Assembly (NCBI GenBank): GCA_963721455.1
Contig: CAVRJG010000062.1
Span: 1-42,627 of the forward strand
Origin: an uncultured Methanosarcinaceae archaeon
GTDB lineage: Archaea > Halobacteriota > Methanosarcinia > Methanosarcinales > Methanosarcinaceae
Direction: 5' to 3'
DNA length: 42,627 nucleotides
The first letter of the stretch is position 1. Each line of letters starts with the position of its first letter. Under the pieces are notes generated by a model. That model ran no database searches. It saw only the letters and a list, made by a program, of their open reading frames with translations, and was not told the DNA's origin. A program made the position numbers and the translations under genes. Of the stretch, positions 16,878 through 27,000 are shown piece after piece.

Positions 16878-17820
16878 GGACTGCACCACCTGTCCGTTGC
16901 AGGCCTGTCAACCGTATGAATACATCCTCGAGACTCGGGCCAAGAGTTGTGATGCTGATAACTTTAAGGTTGTGCGTGTGGGCATAAGACATCACGGCAT
17001 CGATAACTTCAGATGGATCTTCAGTATAGAGCTTAAACTTGTCACCGGCCTTTTGTGCGTCATTCACCATGGAGAGACGGCGTAGTTCGTCCAGCTGATC
17101 TGCAGAATTGTAGTTAAACGAGACCTCGATCGACTGCACACTCTGGATAGTTTTTTTCAGGGATTCAGGTGCATCGATTGCAACGATATTTCCTTTATTG
17201 ATGATCGCTACCCGGTCACACATGATATTTGCCTCCTCAATATTGTGCGTCGTTAAAAAAACAGTTACACCCTCGCGGACGAGATCCGTGACCACGTCCC
17301 GGATGATGAGGTTGCTCTGTACATCGAGCCCTGAGGTTGGTTCGTCCAGGAACAGCAGGCGTGGGCTGTTGACCAGTCCCATCGCGAGCGTCAGACGCCG
17401 CTTCATTCCCTTTGAAAAACCGTGCGCTTTATCATTGCGCCGATCATATAACCCTAATACCGTAAGCAGCTCAGTTGCCTTTTTATCTCTCTCTTTCCGG
17501 CCCACGTGGTAGAGTTCAGCAGAAAACATCATATTCTGCCATGCAGTCAGGTCATCGTACACGTTGGAATTCTCGGACACAATGCCCATTGACTGCCGTG
17601 CGGCAATAGTGTCATGCTCAATATCATGGCCAAAAATGGTTGCCGTTCCGGATGTAGGTCTAGAAATTCCGGTCAAAATACGAATGGTAGTGGTCTTGCC
17701 GGCACCATTGGGACCCAAAAAACCAAATGTTTCTCCCTCGCCAACTGAGAAACTAATATCATTGAGTGCGGTAAGAGAACCGAATTTTTTGATTAGATGA
17801 GATACCTCAATTGCTTGCAT
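16864..17820 (-). CDS. ABC exporter ATP-binding protein (DrrA-like)
   Basis: Walker A GPNGAGKT, signature FSKGM, Walker B LLFLDEP, TTH. Confidence 0.95.
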   Translation of the reverse strand: MQAIEVSHLIKKFGSLTALNDISFSVGEGETFGFLGPNGAGKTTTIRILTGISRPTSGTATIFGHDIEHDTIAARQSMGIVSENSNVYDDLTAWQNMMFSAELYHVGRKERDKKATELLTVLGLYDRRNDKAHGFSKGMKRRLTLAMGLVNSPRLLFLDEPTSGLDVQSNLIIRDVVTDLVREGVTVFLTTHNIEEANIMCDRVAIINKGNIVAIDAPESLKKTIQSVQSIEVSFNYNSADQLDELRRLSMVNDAQKAGDKFKLYTEDPSEVIDAVMSYAHTHNLKVISITTLGPSLEDVFIRLTGLQRTGGAVHAID

Positions 17821-18151
17821 ATATCCTGATAGTACACTAATACATAAATCATTCGTGATGCCCGGATATGGCCCTAAAGGCTCTTCTTACTGAAATTTCA
17901 TGATGTAACGGTTCAGAGGCTTCCCCCGGGAAAAAATCAATCCAGATTTTTCAGGACTGCTTTCATGATCAGATACTCAATTGCTCATTCAAGATGAGAT
18001 TCAAAGAAACAAATCCTGAGTTCCGGTATTGGCTCGTGATAAATATCAATCTGAAAGATGAAGCAGCGGTTAGATGCTAAAAACCCGGCACAAATCGAAA
18101 ACGGGCAGTGTTGAAAGCCATGTCAACATACAAGGAAATACTGGCTGGATT

Positions 18152-18433
18152 TCAGGCATAAGCAGTATAAATGTCATACGCCCGCATGTAGTGCTCAAAA
18201 ACCAGCAGGGTAAGGATATTTGCGGTACTGTCAAAAGTATAGACCAGCACAAAAGGCCCTATATGAATTCTCCATTTTCCCTGGAACTCAGCCTCAAGGG
18301 GAAAGCCCATTTCCGGCCTGTAAGCCAGGAGGCGGAGGCGCTGCTTCACATAATCGTACCCTGGCCTGTCAAGCAGGTACAGTTTTTTAAGGTTTTTGCG
18401 GACTGAAGGATGAAGAGCTACTCTGTATGTCAT
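18152..18433 (-). CDS. RelE/ParE-superfamily toxin-like protein
   Basis: 93 aa; YxV...KNLKKL...P..G.PL...GKWRIHIGPFVLVY...EH..AY pattern. Confidence 0.75.
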   Translation of the reverse strand: MTYRVALHPSVRKNLKKLYLLDRPGYDYVKQRLRLLAYRPEMGFPLEAEFQGKWRIHIGPFVLVYTFDSTANILTLLVFEHYMRAYDIYTAYA

Positions 18434-18624
18434 TGCTCCACCTTTTCGAGAAGTTCATCAATCTCAAATGCAGGCAGGTGATGATGTAAACTATCCTGCT
18501 CCGCTTTCCGAATCTTAAAGGAGAAGGACGGCTGAAAAGCAGTTTCAGGCGGATACTTAACTTCATTGAATTTTTTTTCAAGCTCTTTAAGCTGGTTGAA
18601 CATTTCCGCAAATGCCATGCCCAT
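18430..18624 (-). CDS. Small protein, putative antitoxin
   Basis: 64-65 aa with acidic C-terminal helix; ATGA overlap with the RelE-like gene. Confidence 0.6.
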   Translation of the reverse strand: MGMAFAEMFNQLKELEKKFNEVKYPPETAFQPSFSFKIRKAEQDSLHHHLPAFEIDELLEKVEQ

Positions 18625-18939
18625 CAACTCAGTAAGTTTGCAAAGACTTCTAAAAAGTTTATTTTAAGCTTTAAGGTACTTTTTCAGAACCTGTGCTTGA
18701 AGGAGAATTTTAATGTAATAGTTTATATAAATTTTGGGCTTTAAATATAAAATTTAGGACTGAAAAGCGAATTTGCGAATTGCTTTTACAGAAGCCTTTT
18801 AATCTTTATTCAGTCGGGTACGATACCAATCTCCCGCCAATTATTATATATTTTTAAACATAATATGTCTCCGGCAATTTTAATCTCATGAACTATCTCA
18901 TGAACCCCAATTCATTAAAAATGAACAGGAGATATCTGG

Positions 18940-20862
18940 ATGCAGTACAGCATGGGCATTGACGCAGGAGGCACCTACACAGATTCGATCATCATTCGGG
19001 ACTCCGATGGCAAAGTGATGGATTCGAATAAGGCGCTTACCACCTATCCTGACCTTCTTGCAGGAATAAAAAACTCCATAGACGGGCTGGACGAAAAATA
19101 TTTAAAAGACGTAAAAATGATTTCAGTTTCAACGACTCTTGCTACAAATACAATCCTTGAAAAAAATGGCTATCCTGTGGGGCTTATCCTCGTAGGAGAT
19201 TACGAAATTCCGGAAAAGATGCACGTTGAATTCCATACTGTAGTAAAAGGAGGGCACGACCATCACGGAGCTGAAATTGTTTCTCTTGATATGGAAGCTG
19301 TGGAAGCTTTTGTACAGAGGACACAGGATAAAGTTTCGGCTTTTGCAGTTTCTTCATACTTCAGTATCCGAAACCCTGCTCATGAACTGTCAATCAAAAC
19401 CCGCATTCAGGAGCTTACAGGACTGCCTGTAGTTTGCGGGCACGAACTCTCCCTTGACCTCGGAGCTTACGAAAGGGGAATTACAGCCTACCTGAATGCC
19501 CAGCTTATCCCCATTGCAAACCAGTTTATCCGTTCAATCAAGGAAGAAATTTCCAGGCGGGGAATGAATGCCAGACTGCTCATGCTCAAATGTGACGGTT
19601 CGGTTGTGGGCATTAACGAAGCCCTGGAAAAGCCGATAGAATCTATCTTTTCGGGCCCTGCAGCAAGCCTTGTAGGAGCATCGCACCTGTCGGGGCTTGA
19701 GACCTGTGCAGTAATTGATGTAGGCGGGACAAGTACGGACGTTTCTATGCTCGAAAATGGGCTACCCGAACTCTGTGCAGAAGGGGCTGTAGTTGGAGGC
19801 TGGCAGACAAAGGTGAAAGCCATCCGGATGGAAACGTCAGCAATGGGGGGAGACAGCCATATCTGGGTCAGGAACATGAAAATAAATATCGGCCCCAGAC
19901 GGGTTATTCCTCTCTGTGTTGCAGCTGTTAAATATCCGGGCTTTCTCGAAGCTCTGAGAAAAGGGAGGATCCCAGGAGCCATGCACCTTGAAGAAAATAT
20001 GCAACCCACCAAGTTCTTCATAAAGACAGGAGTTGAAGCTTCAGGCCTTGGAAAACTTGAGAATGAACTCTTTGACAGGATAGGAGATTTCCCGACGTCT
20101 CTCAACGATATCTTCTGGGAGCCCCAGAAAACGCTTTCTCCGGGCCTGCTTGATTCGCTTATAAGAAAACGCCTTATACAGGCAATTGGCTTTACCCCGA
20201 CAGATGCGCTTCATGTGCTCGGGGAATACACAGCCTGGGATAGAGAAGCCTCAAAAGTGGGAGCAAAACTCCTGGAACGCTATACCCAGATAGACTATAT
20301 CAAAATATGCAAACAGATAAAAAAAGACGTTGCAAGGAATATGGCCTTAGACCTGGTATCCTTTATCTTAAAAGACGTTCCGTCCCGGGAAATCGAAAAA
20401 ATCCTCATGTCCGACAGGTTCATGCAGTTCAGGATAAAAGTACCTGTGGTGCTGATAGGAGGGCCTGTGGTCGCATACACCGAAGAGTTGAAGCAGATTC
20501 TCGATGCCGATATCATAGTCCCGGAATATTCGGAAGTAGGAAATGCTGTAGGAGCGGTCGTGGGCAAGGGCATAAAAAGGATTGAAATCCTTATCAAAAG
20601 CACCTACACAAAGGACAGGAAAAGGCTTGTTCTTCTGTTCTCGCCCCAGGGCAGGGAAACCTTCGGGAACTATCCTGAAGCTCTGGAATATGCAGAGGCT
20701 CTCGGACGAAAACTTGTCATGGAATATATGACCGAAGCCGGACTCGACAAAGAGCAGGTCCAGGTAGAAGTTAGCAAAAAAGATATTTCTCTCAGTGAAG
20801 CAGGGACGATGCCTGTAGAGACAAAGCTGGTCTTTGTCGGGGTCGGGATGCCTAAAACCTGA
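18940..20862 (+). CDS. Hydantoinase/oxoprolinase A-subunit family protein (paralogue 1)
   Basis: GIDAGGTYTD, STTLATN, SGPAAS, DVGGTSTD and GNAVGA motifs; AGGAG RBS. Confidence 0.95.
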   Translation: MQYSMGIDAGGTYTDSIIIRDSDGKVMDSNKALTTYPDLLAGIKNSIDGLDEKYLKDVKMISVSTTLATNTILEKNGYPVGLILVGDYEIPEKMHVEFHTVVKGGHDHHGAEIVSLDMEAVEAFVQRTQDKVSAFAVSSYFSIRNPAHELSIKTRIQELTGLPVVCGHELSLDLGAYERGITAYLNAQLIPIANQFIRSIKEEISRRGMNARLLMLKCDGSVVGINEALEKPIESIFSGPAASLVGASHLSGLETCAVIDVGGTSTDVSMLENGLPELCAEGAVVGGWQTKVKAIRMETSAMGGDSHIWVRNMKINIGPRRVIPLCVAAVKYPGFLEALRKGRIPGAMHLEENMQPTKFFIKTGVEASGLGKLENELFDRIGDFPTSLNDIFWEPQKTLSPGLLDSLIRKRLIQAIGFTPTDALHVLGEYTAWDREASKVGAKLLERYTQIDYIKICKQIKKDVARNMALDLVSFILKDVPSREIEKILMSDRFMQFRIKVPVVLIGGPVVAYTEELKQILDADIIVPEYSEVGNAVGAVVGKGIKRIEILIKSTYTKDRKRLVLLFSPQGRETFGNYPEALEYAEALGRKLVMEYMTEAGLDKEQVQVEVSKKDISLSEAGTMPVETKLVFVGVGMPKT

Positions 20863-21041
20863 GACCGTTCTTTGAGTATTCAGGACAATTCTTTAAGGCA
20901 ATTCCCTTAAAATTTATTTTACCCATCCCCGCTTCCGAACTCAAAACCTGATTCTGAAAAACGGATCTTCAGGGAAAGCCGAATTGACTTACGGCCTGTT
21001 CTCTCAGGGGCAGCGGTACATCAAAGATGACTGATGATATG

Positions 21042-21098
21042 AAAATGGCGTAAAGATGGCGTAAAGATGGCATATAAAGATGGTGTAAGAACGGCATA
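21042..21098. repeat. Degenerate 11-bp tandem repeat, about 5 copies
   Basis: TAAAGATGGCG-type units between the two paralogues. Confidence 0.75.
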
Positions 21099-21190
21099 AT
21101 CAAACTGCGGATTGCACCACAAGTAGCGTTAGAAAACATTACAAAAGGAACAATCAGAGTAATTCGAAATAACAGAAGGAGATCTTAAAA

Positions 21191-23149
21191 ATGGCATACG
21201 GTCTGGGCATTGATGCCGGTGGAACCTATACGGATTCGGTTTTAATCCGGAAATCGGATGGAAAAGTTGTATGTTCGAACAAGGCACTTACAACGTATCC
21301 TGACCCTCTTGAGGGAATAAAGGAGTCAATTGACGGACTCGACCGGGAAAAGCTGAAACTCGTGACTACTGTATCGGTTTCGACGACTCTTGCTACAAAT
21401 ACTATCCTCGAAAAAACAGGGCATCCTGTGGGGCTAATCCTTATTGGGGATTATGATATCCCTGCCGATTCAGGGATTGAAAACTACATAAGGATACAGG
21501 GAGGACACGACAGCAATGGGGACGAAAACGTATCCCTTGACCTTTTCGCAGTAGAAAAATTCGTGCTTGAAATAAAGGGCAGAGTCTCGGCTTTTGCAGT
21601 ATCCTCCTATTTCAGCGTACGAAATCCGGAGCATGAACTGCGTGTAAAAGCCCTGATCCAGGAACTAACAGGTCTGCCTGTCGTCTGCGGGCACGAACTT
21701 GCGCAGTCTCTCGGAGCCTACGAAAGGGGAGTTACCGCCTATCTGAATGCCCAGCTCCTACCTGTAGCAGAGAGCTTCCTGAAGACGGTAGTAAGTGAGA
21801 TCGAGAGAAGAGGGCTCAACCCGAAAATTGCCATGCTCCGCTGTGACGGGTCTGTCGTGAGCATGCACGAAGCCATGAAAAAACCCATAGAATCTGTCTT
21901 TTCAGGCCCTGCAGCAAGCCTTCTCGGAGCCTCTTACCTTTCCGGGCATGAGACCTGCAGTGTAATCGATGTGGGTGGGACGAGCACTGATGTCTCGATG
22001 ATCTATAAGGGGCTTCCTTACCTCAGCGAAGCAGGAGCAGTTGTAGGCGGCTGGCAAACCAGAGTCAGGGCGCTGCGCATGGAAACCTCAGCCATGGGCG
22101 GGGACAGCCATATCTGGGTACAGGGCAGCAATATAAACATAGGTCCAGGGCGGGTCATCCCGCTCTGCAGGGCAGCAGTCCTGTATCCAGATTTCATGAG
22201 TACCCTGAAAAAACGCTGGATTCCGGACAGGCTCAAACTGAACGAGCATATCCAGGCAACAAAATTCTTTGTCCGGACACGGCAGGAACCTGCCAACTTG
22301 AGCCGGGAAGAAGAAGAACTCCTTGCCCTTATAGGAAATGAACCACTTTCCCTCAAAGACGTCTACTGGGACAGGAATATTCTCCCTTCGAAGAAAGTAA
22401 TGGATTCTCTAATCCGGAAGCGGCTTATCCAGGCAATCGGTTTTACCCCTACGGATGCCCTCCATGTGCTTGGAGAATATACGGAATGGAATTCCGAAGC
22501 CTCGGAAATCGGGGCTGCCCTGCTTGCAAACTTCATAGGGACTGGCAGGCACGAGTTCTGTATGAACATAAAGCGGCTCTTTGTCAGGAATATGGCAAAA
22601 AACCTCCTTGCGTTTCTGATGGAAGGAGTGGACAGGGCCGAAATTGAAAAAGTGCTCAATGGAAATTTTTTCTCCCGTTTTAAGGTGGATATTCCTGTTG
22701 TCCTCCTTGGAGGCCCGGTCAAAGCGTATGTAAATGAACTGAAGGAACTGATCGATGCCGAAATCATTGTCCCGGAATATTCCGATGTAGGAAATGCAGC
22801 TGGAGCTCTCGCAGGAAAAGGGACAAAACGGGTTGAAATAACAGTGCGTACACTTTACAGTGAGTCCAGGTACGACCTCAGGACAAAAGGGATCTTTGTA
22901 TACACCCCTGCAGGAAGGCGGCATTTTGCTATCAGGAGCGAAGCGATGGAGTTTGCGGAAGGTTTCGGGAGGAAGCTGGTTCTTGATTACATGGCAGAAT
23001 CAGGGCTCTCCCCTGGCCAGGTTACGGTTAATGTCGAAAAAAAGGATATAATGACTCATGCAGGCGAAATTCCCCTTGAAACCGGGTTTATTTTCGAAGG
23101 AATTGCAAATTCCGATGTCTACGAAAAAATCTGTACGCGAACAGAATAA
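21191..23149 (+). CDS. Hydantoinase/oxoprolinase A-subunit family protein (paralogue 2)
   Basis: Same motif set, colinear with paralogue 1; AAGGAG RBS. Confidence 0.95.
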   Translation: MAYGLGIDAGGTYTDSVLIRKSDGKVVCSNKALTTYPDPLEGIKESIDGLDREKLKLVTTVSVSTTLATNTILEKTGHPVGLILIGDYDIPADSGIENYIRIQGGHDSNGDENVSLDLFAVEKFVLEIKGRVSAFAVSSYFSVRNPEHELRVKALIQELTGLPVVCGHELAQSLGAYERGVTAYLNAQLLPVAESFLKTVVSEIERRGLNPKIAMLRCDGSVVSMHEAMKKPIESVFSGPAASLLGASYLSGHETCSVIDVGGTSTDVSMIYKGLPYLSEAGAVVGGWQTRVRALRMETSAMGGDSHIWVQGSNINIGPGRVIPLCRAAVLYPDFMSTLKKRWIPDRLKLNEHIQATKFFVRTRQEPANLSREEEELLALIGNEPLSLKDVYWDRNILPSKKVMDSLIRKRLIQAIGFTPTDALHVLGEYTEWNSEASEIGAALLANFIGTGRHEFCMNIKRLFVRNMAKNLLAFLMEGVDRAEIEKVLNGNFFSRFKVDIPVVLLGGPVKAYVNELKELIDAEIIVPEYSDVGNAAGALAGKGTKRVEITVRTLYSESRYDLRTKGIFVYTPAGRRHFAIRSEAMEFAEGFGRKLVLDYMAESGLSPGQVTVNVEKKDIMTHAGEIPLETGFIFEGIANSDVYEKICTRTE

Positions 23150-23414
23150 GAACGATAAAAGCTATAAAGAACTGACTGGATAGACGTCCTCTCTGGATTT
23201 CCGCTCTCCCGAAGAGAGTTCTGTTTCTGGAAACTTAGAATGATTGGGATAAAGTTCATAACTTTGATGCACATTTGAGGCATGAAAGTAAGGACTATCA
23301 GCCCGACAATTCATGTCAGGACTGTAGAAAACTTTTAAATCATCTCTGTGTATATTGGTTGTTTATACAATGGAAATCGCACATCAGACGCATAAACACA
23401 CTTAAGGAGTTAAC

Positions 23415-23960
23415 ATGATCCCAAGAAAAGCATTTTTGACAAAAGGTACCGGGGTCCATAAGGACAGATTAGCATCCTTTGAACTTGCACTGAGGGCTGC
23501 AGGAATAGAGAAGTACAATCTTGTAAGCGTTTCAAGCATTCTGCCCCCCAATTGCAAACTAGTACCCAAAGAAGAAGGTCTCATGGAGCTGAGACCTGGT
23601 GCAATTGTCCATTGTGTCCTTGCAAGGAACGACACCAACGAGCCACACCGTTTGATGGCTTCAGCAATAGGAACTGCGGTCCCTGTAAATGAAGAGAATT
23701 ACGGTTATATTTCTGAACACCACTCTTTTGGAGAAGAAGAAATTATTGCAGGAGAATATGCTGAAGACCTGGCAGCAACCATGCTTGCAACGACTCTGGG
23801 CATAGAGTTTGATGCTGAGATGGCCTGGCATGAAAGAGAGCAGGTGTATAAGGCAAGCGGGCATATTTTTGATACATTCCACATTTGCCAGACTGCAAAA
23901 GGCGACAAGGACGGAAAATGGACCACGGTTGTGGCTGCAATGGTCTTCGTTACAAAATAA
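23415..23960 (+). CDS. pdaD: Pyruvoyl-dependent arginine decarboxylase
   Basis: SFELALRAAGIEKYNLVSVSSILP with the Ser-Ser autocleavage site; AAGGAG RBS. Confidence 0.92.
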   Translation: MIPRKAFLTKGTGVHKDRLASFELALRAAGIEKYNLVSVSSILPPNCKLVPKEEGLMELRPGAIVHCVLARNDTNEPHRLMASAIGTAVPVNEENYGYISEHHSFGEEEIIAGEYAEDLAATMLATTLGIEFDAEMAWHEREQVYKASGHIFDTFHICQTAKGDKDGKWTTVVAAMVFVTK

Positions 23961-23990
23961 AATTAAAAAACTATTTTTCAATTGAGTTAA

Positions 23991-24013
23991 GGGGAAGAAA
24001 TCATAACTTCCCC
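23991..24013. terminator. Hairpin between convergent genes
   Basis: GGGGAAG-9 nt-CTTCCCC. Confidence 0.45.
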
Positions 24014-24042
24014 GGTCTCAGCGGCATTTAAGGCTGAGAGTT

Positions 24043-27000
24043 TTACTCTACAAAATAAATCATTTTATTGGGCATCTGGGTCAATTCGTTACTCTCTATC
24101 CCTGACCTGACAAGCTTTTCGATCCTTTCCCATGTATTTTTGCGTGTCGTTTTTATCCCGAGAACTCTCGAGACCTGGACAATAAGGTCTTCAAGAGGGG
24201 TTGAATACTGGCTGTTCAGGACAAATCGGACAGCTTCTTTTATTTCCTCGTCGCAGATCCACTCGATTTTTGAAGATGCGTCCCCATCACGCCTGCGCAG
24301 GAGGCATGCAGGTTCCGGAACTGGCCAGTAGAACTCTCCTTCGGCCCGGATTTTTCCTGCACTCCCCGCAAGCTCCGCAGCATCAAATATGCGCTGTTTG
24401 ATTTTCCCGAGCATGCGGAGAATTCCTGTATGCGATTTTATGCGCTGGAGCAGGGCTTCTGCATGAATAGGGCCTTCACACTCTACAATCCGTATAACTG
24501 CCTCCTCAAGCTGCTCATCGGAAACCTCAGAAAGGTCTCCAGATTGCGGAAGCTCGGAGGAAAGGCAGGCCCTGTAAAGGGGTACAGCAGCTCCGAGAGA
24601 ATTACCCTTTTCGGACAGCTTTTCATGCCCTTTTTTTGAAATGCCAGGAAGTCCGGCTGTCCCTGATCCGGTATAATCAGACAGCAATTCGAAAGAGCTT
24701 CCAGTATCGGATTCATCCGATGATTCACTAACTTTTTCAGCCGTTGTTGCAGGCAAGGGCTCCTGCAGGGTTTTGACTTCAGCCTCAAATGCAGGTTCGA
24801 GAGCAGGCTCGACTCTTTGTTTCATACCGGGCTCAACTGCAGATTCGGCTTCAGGCTCTATCTCAGGTTCAGAATTCCATGTACCTGCATAATTGTCCTC
24901 CTCAGGATCAGGCTCTGGTTCGAAATAGCTTCCTGAGCCGTAAATATAAGCGAACTCGTTAAGCCTCTTGCCTTTCTTTTTCTTTTCAGGGCCTGCACTG
25001 AAATCTATCTCAGGGTAAGCCTGGAAAAAGCTCACTTTTTCAGGCTCTGGCTCAGGTACGAGTTCCGGTTCGTCTTCTTCAGAACAGGGATCCACGCTGA
25101 ATTTCAGGAGTTTTGATTTTCCTGACCTCCTCACAGGCTTCTTGCGAGAGTTTTCGTCTGCCAGCAGAGCCATGGACTCGGCTTTTAAAGCCATCTCTGG
25201 CATGAAATCCACACCTGAAGGGGGTGTAAGCCCTTCTTCCAGTTTAAAAAATGCGCCTGAATAAGGCTCATCGTCTTCAGCTTCAAAAGAGGTCTTTGGG
25301 AAAAGTTTCGCTTCAAAAACTTCTGAGACGGGTTCCGCTTCAAAGGATTCGGCTTCATGTTTTCTGTCGGTTTTGCTCTCCATACTCACTTCAGGCAAAA
25401 CCGAAACTGCGGGTGAAACCAGACCTGCAGGGGAATTGGGAACATTTCCCTCAGGGCTTTTATTTGCGGGTTCAGCCCAGGCAGAAGGCTCGTTTATCAC
25501 AGGAATTTCAGGTTCTGGTTCGGATTTTGCCTGCAGTTTTGCCTGTTTTACAGCCCTTTTCACAGCTTCAAGCAACTTTTCCCTGCTCTCTTCAGGGCGC
25601 AGGTACCAGTCTGTTGACCAGACCCGGTGGATTTTCCAGCCCAGCCCCTCAAGCACCTGCCGGCGCAGGCGGTCGCGGTCTCGTGCAACATGCAAGGAAT
25701 GGTAGCCTGCTCCGTCGCACTCGATTCCAAGCACATATCTTCCCGGGTGGCCGGGATCAGGAACTGCAAGGTCGAGCCTGTATCCGGCACAGCCGATCTG
25801 CCTGTGGACTTCGCAGCCGTTTCCTGCCAGAAAATCGGAGACAACTTCTTCGAAGGGAGAATCAAGGTCTTCCCTGCTATATGCAGGTAAGGGGAGCCTG
25901 CCGCTTTCTGCAAACTCAAGGAAAACTTTCAGGCAGCGAAGCCCGAAAGACGAAGTTTCGTCCAGATTCAGGTCCCTTGACGTAAAATTCGCAAACACAA
26001 CGCATTTTTCCCTTGCCCGCGTAATAAGGACATTCAGGCGCCTTTCCCCTCCCTCGCGGTTAAGCGGGCCGAAGTTCAGAGAGAGCTTTCTGCTACCGTC
26101 AAAACCGAAACCCACGCTCAGAAGAATAACATCCCTTTCATCGCCCTGGATAGTTTCGAGGTTCTTCACAAAGAAATGCTCGCCTCTCTCATTGCCTGAA
26201 TTAAGGTCAAATCCCGGGTTTGCTTTCAGGAGAGCCTCAATTTCTTCCTGGATAGCTTCCTGTTGTTTCACATTAAAAGTCCCGACCCCGAGGCTTTTGC
26301 CAGGATACCTGCCGAAGTGTTCGAAAACTGCCCTTGCAACTGCCCTTGCTTCTATCCTGTTGGCTCCGCTTTTGCCCCTGTCATAGACCGCATCCGGAAG
26401 ATGCACAAACTTCAGTCCGAGCTTTTCGTCTTTCTGCATAGGGGAGGGGTAAACGTAGAGGCGGTTATCGTAAAATTCTTTGTTTGAAATCGCAATCAGG
26501 GACTCATGCCTGCTCCGGTAGTGCCAGCGCAGGGTCTTTACCGGGAAACTGCGTTTGCAGACATTCAGGATACTTTCCATATCTCCTGCTGTAGCATAAT
26601 CGTCAGGTTCGCTTTCCGGAGAGTCAAGGACGGTATCGAAGAAATCGGTAGGCGGGAGCTGTTTTGAATCCCCCATTACCACAACCTGTTTTCCCCTCAG
26701 GAGAGCTCCTACAGCATCTTCGGGCCTGACCTGGCTGGCCTCGTCAAAAATAATCACGTCAAAACGAGTGCTCCTGGGATCAAGATACTGGGCAATCGAA
26801 AGCGGGCTCATAAGGAAACAGGGCTTGATCTTCTGGATCAGGCCGCCTGCCTTTTTCATGAGGGTGCGGATAGGCATGTGCCCCCGCTTCCTGTTGAATT
26901 CGTTGAGCAGAATGCCTGCTTCCGAAGCCCTTGACGCGCCTGAAGTCAGCTTCGGGGTTTCCTCATAAGCAGAACACGTGATCCTTTTCCTGTTTTCCAG

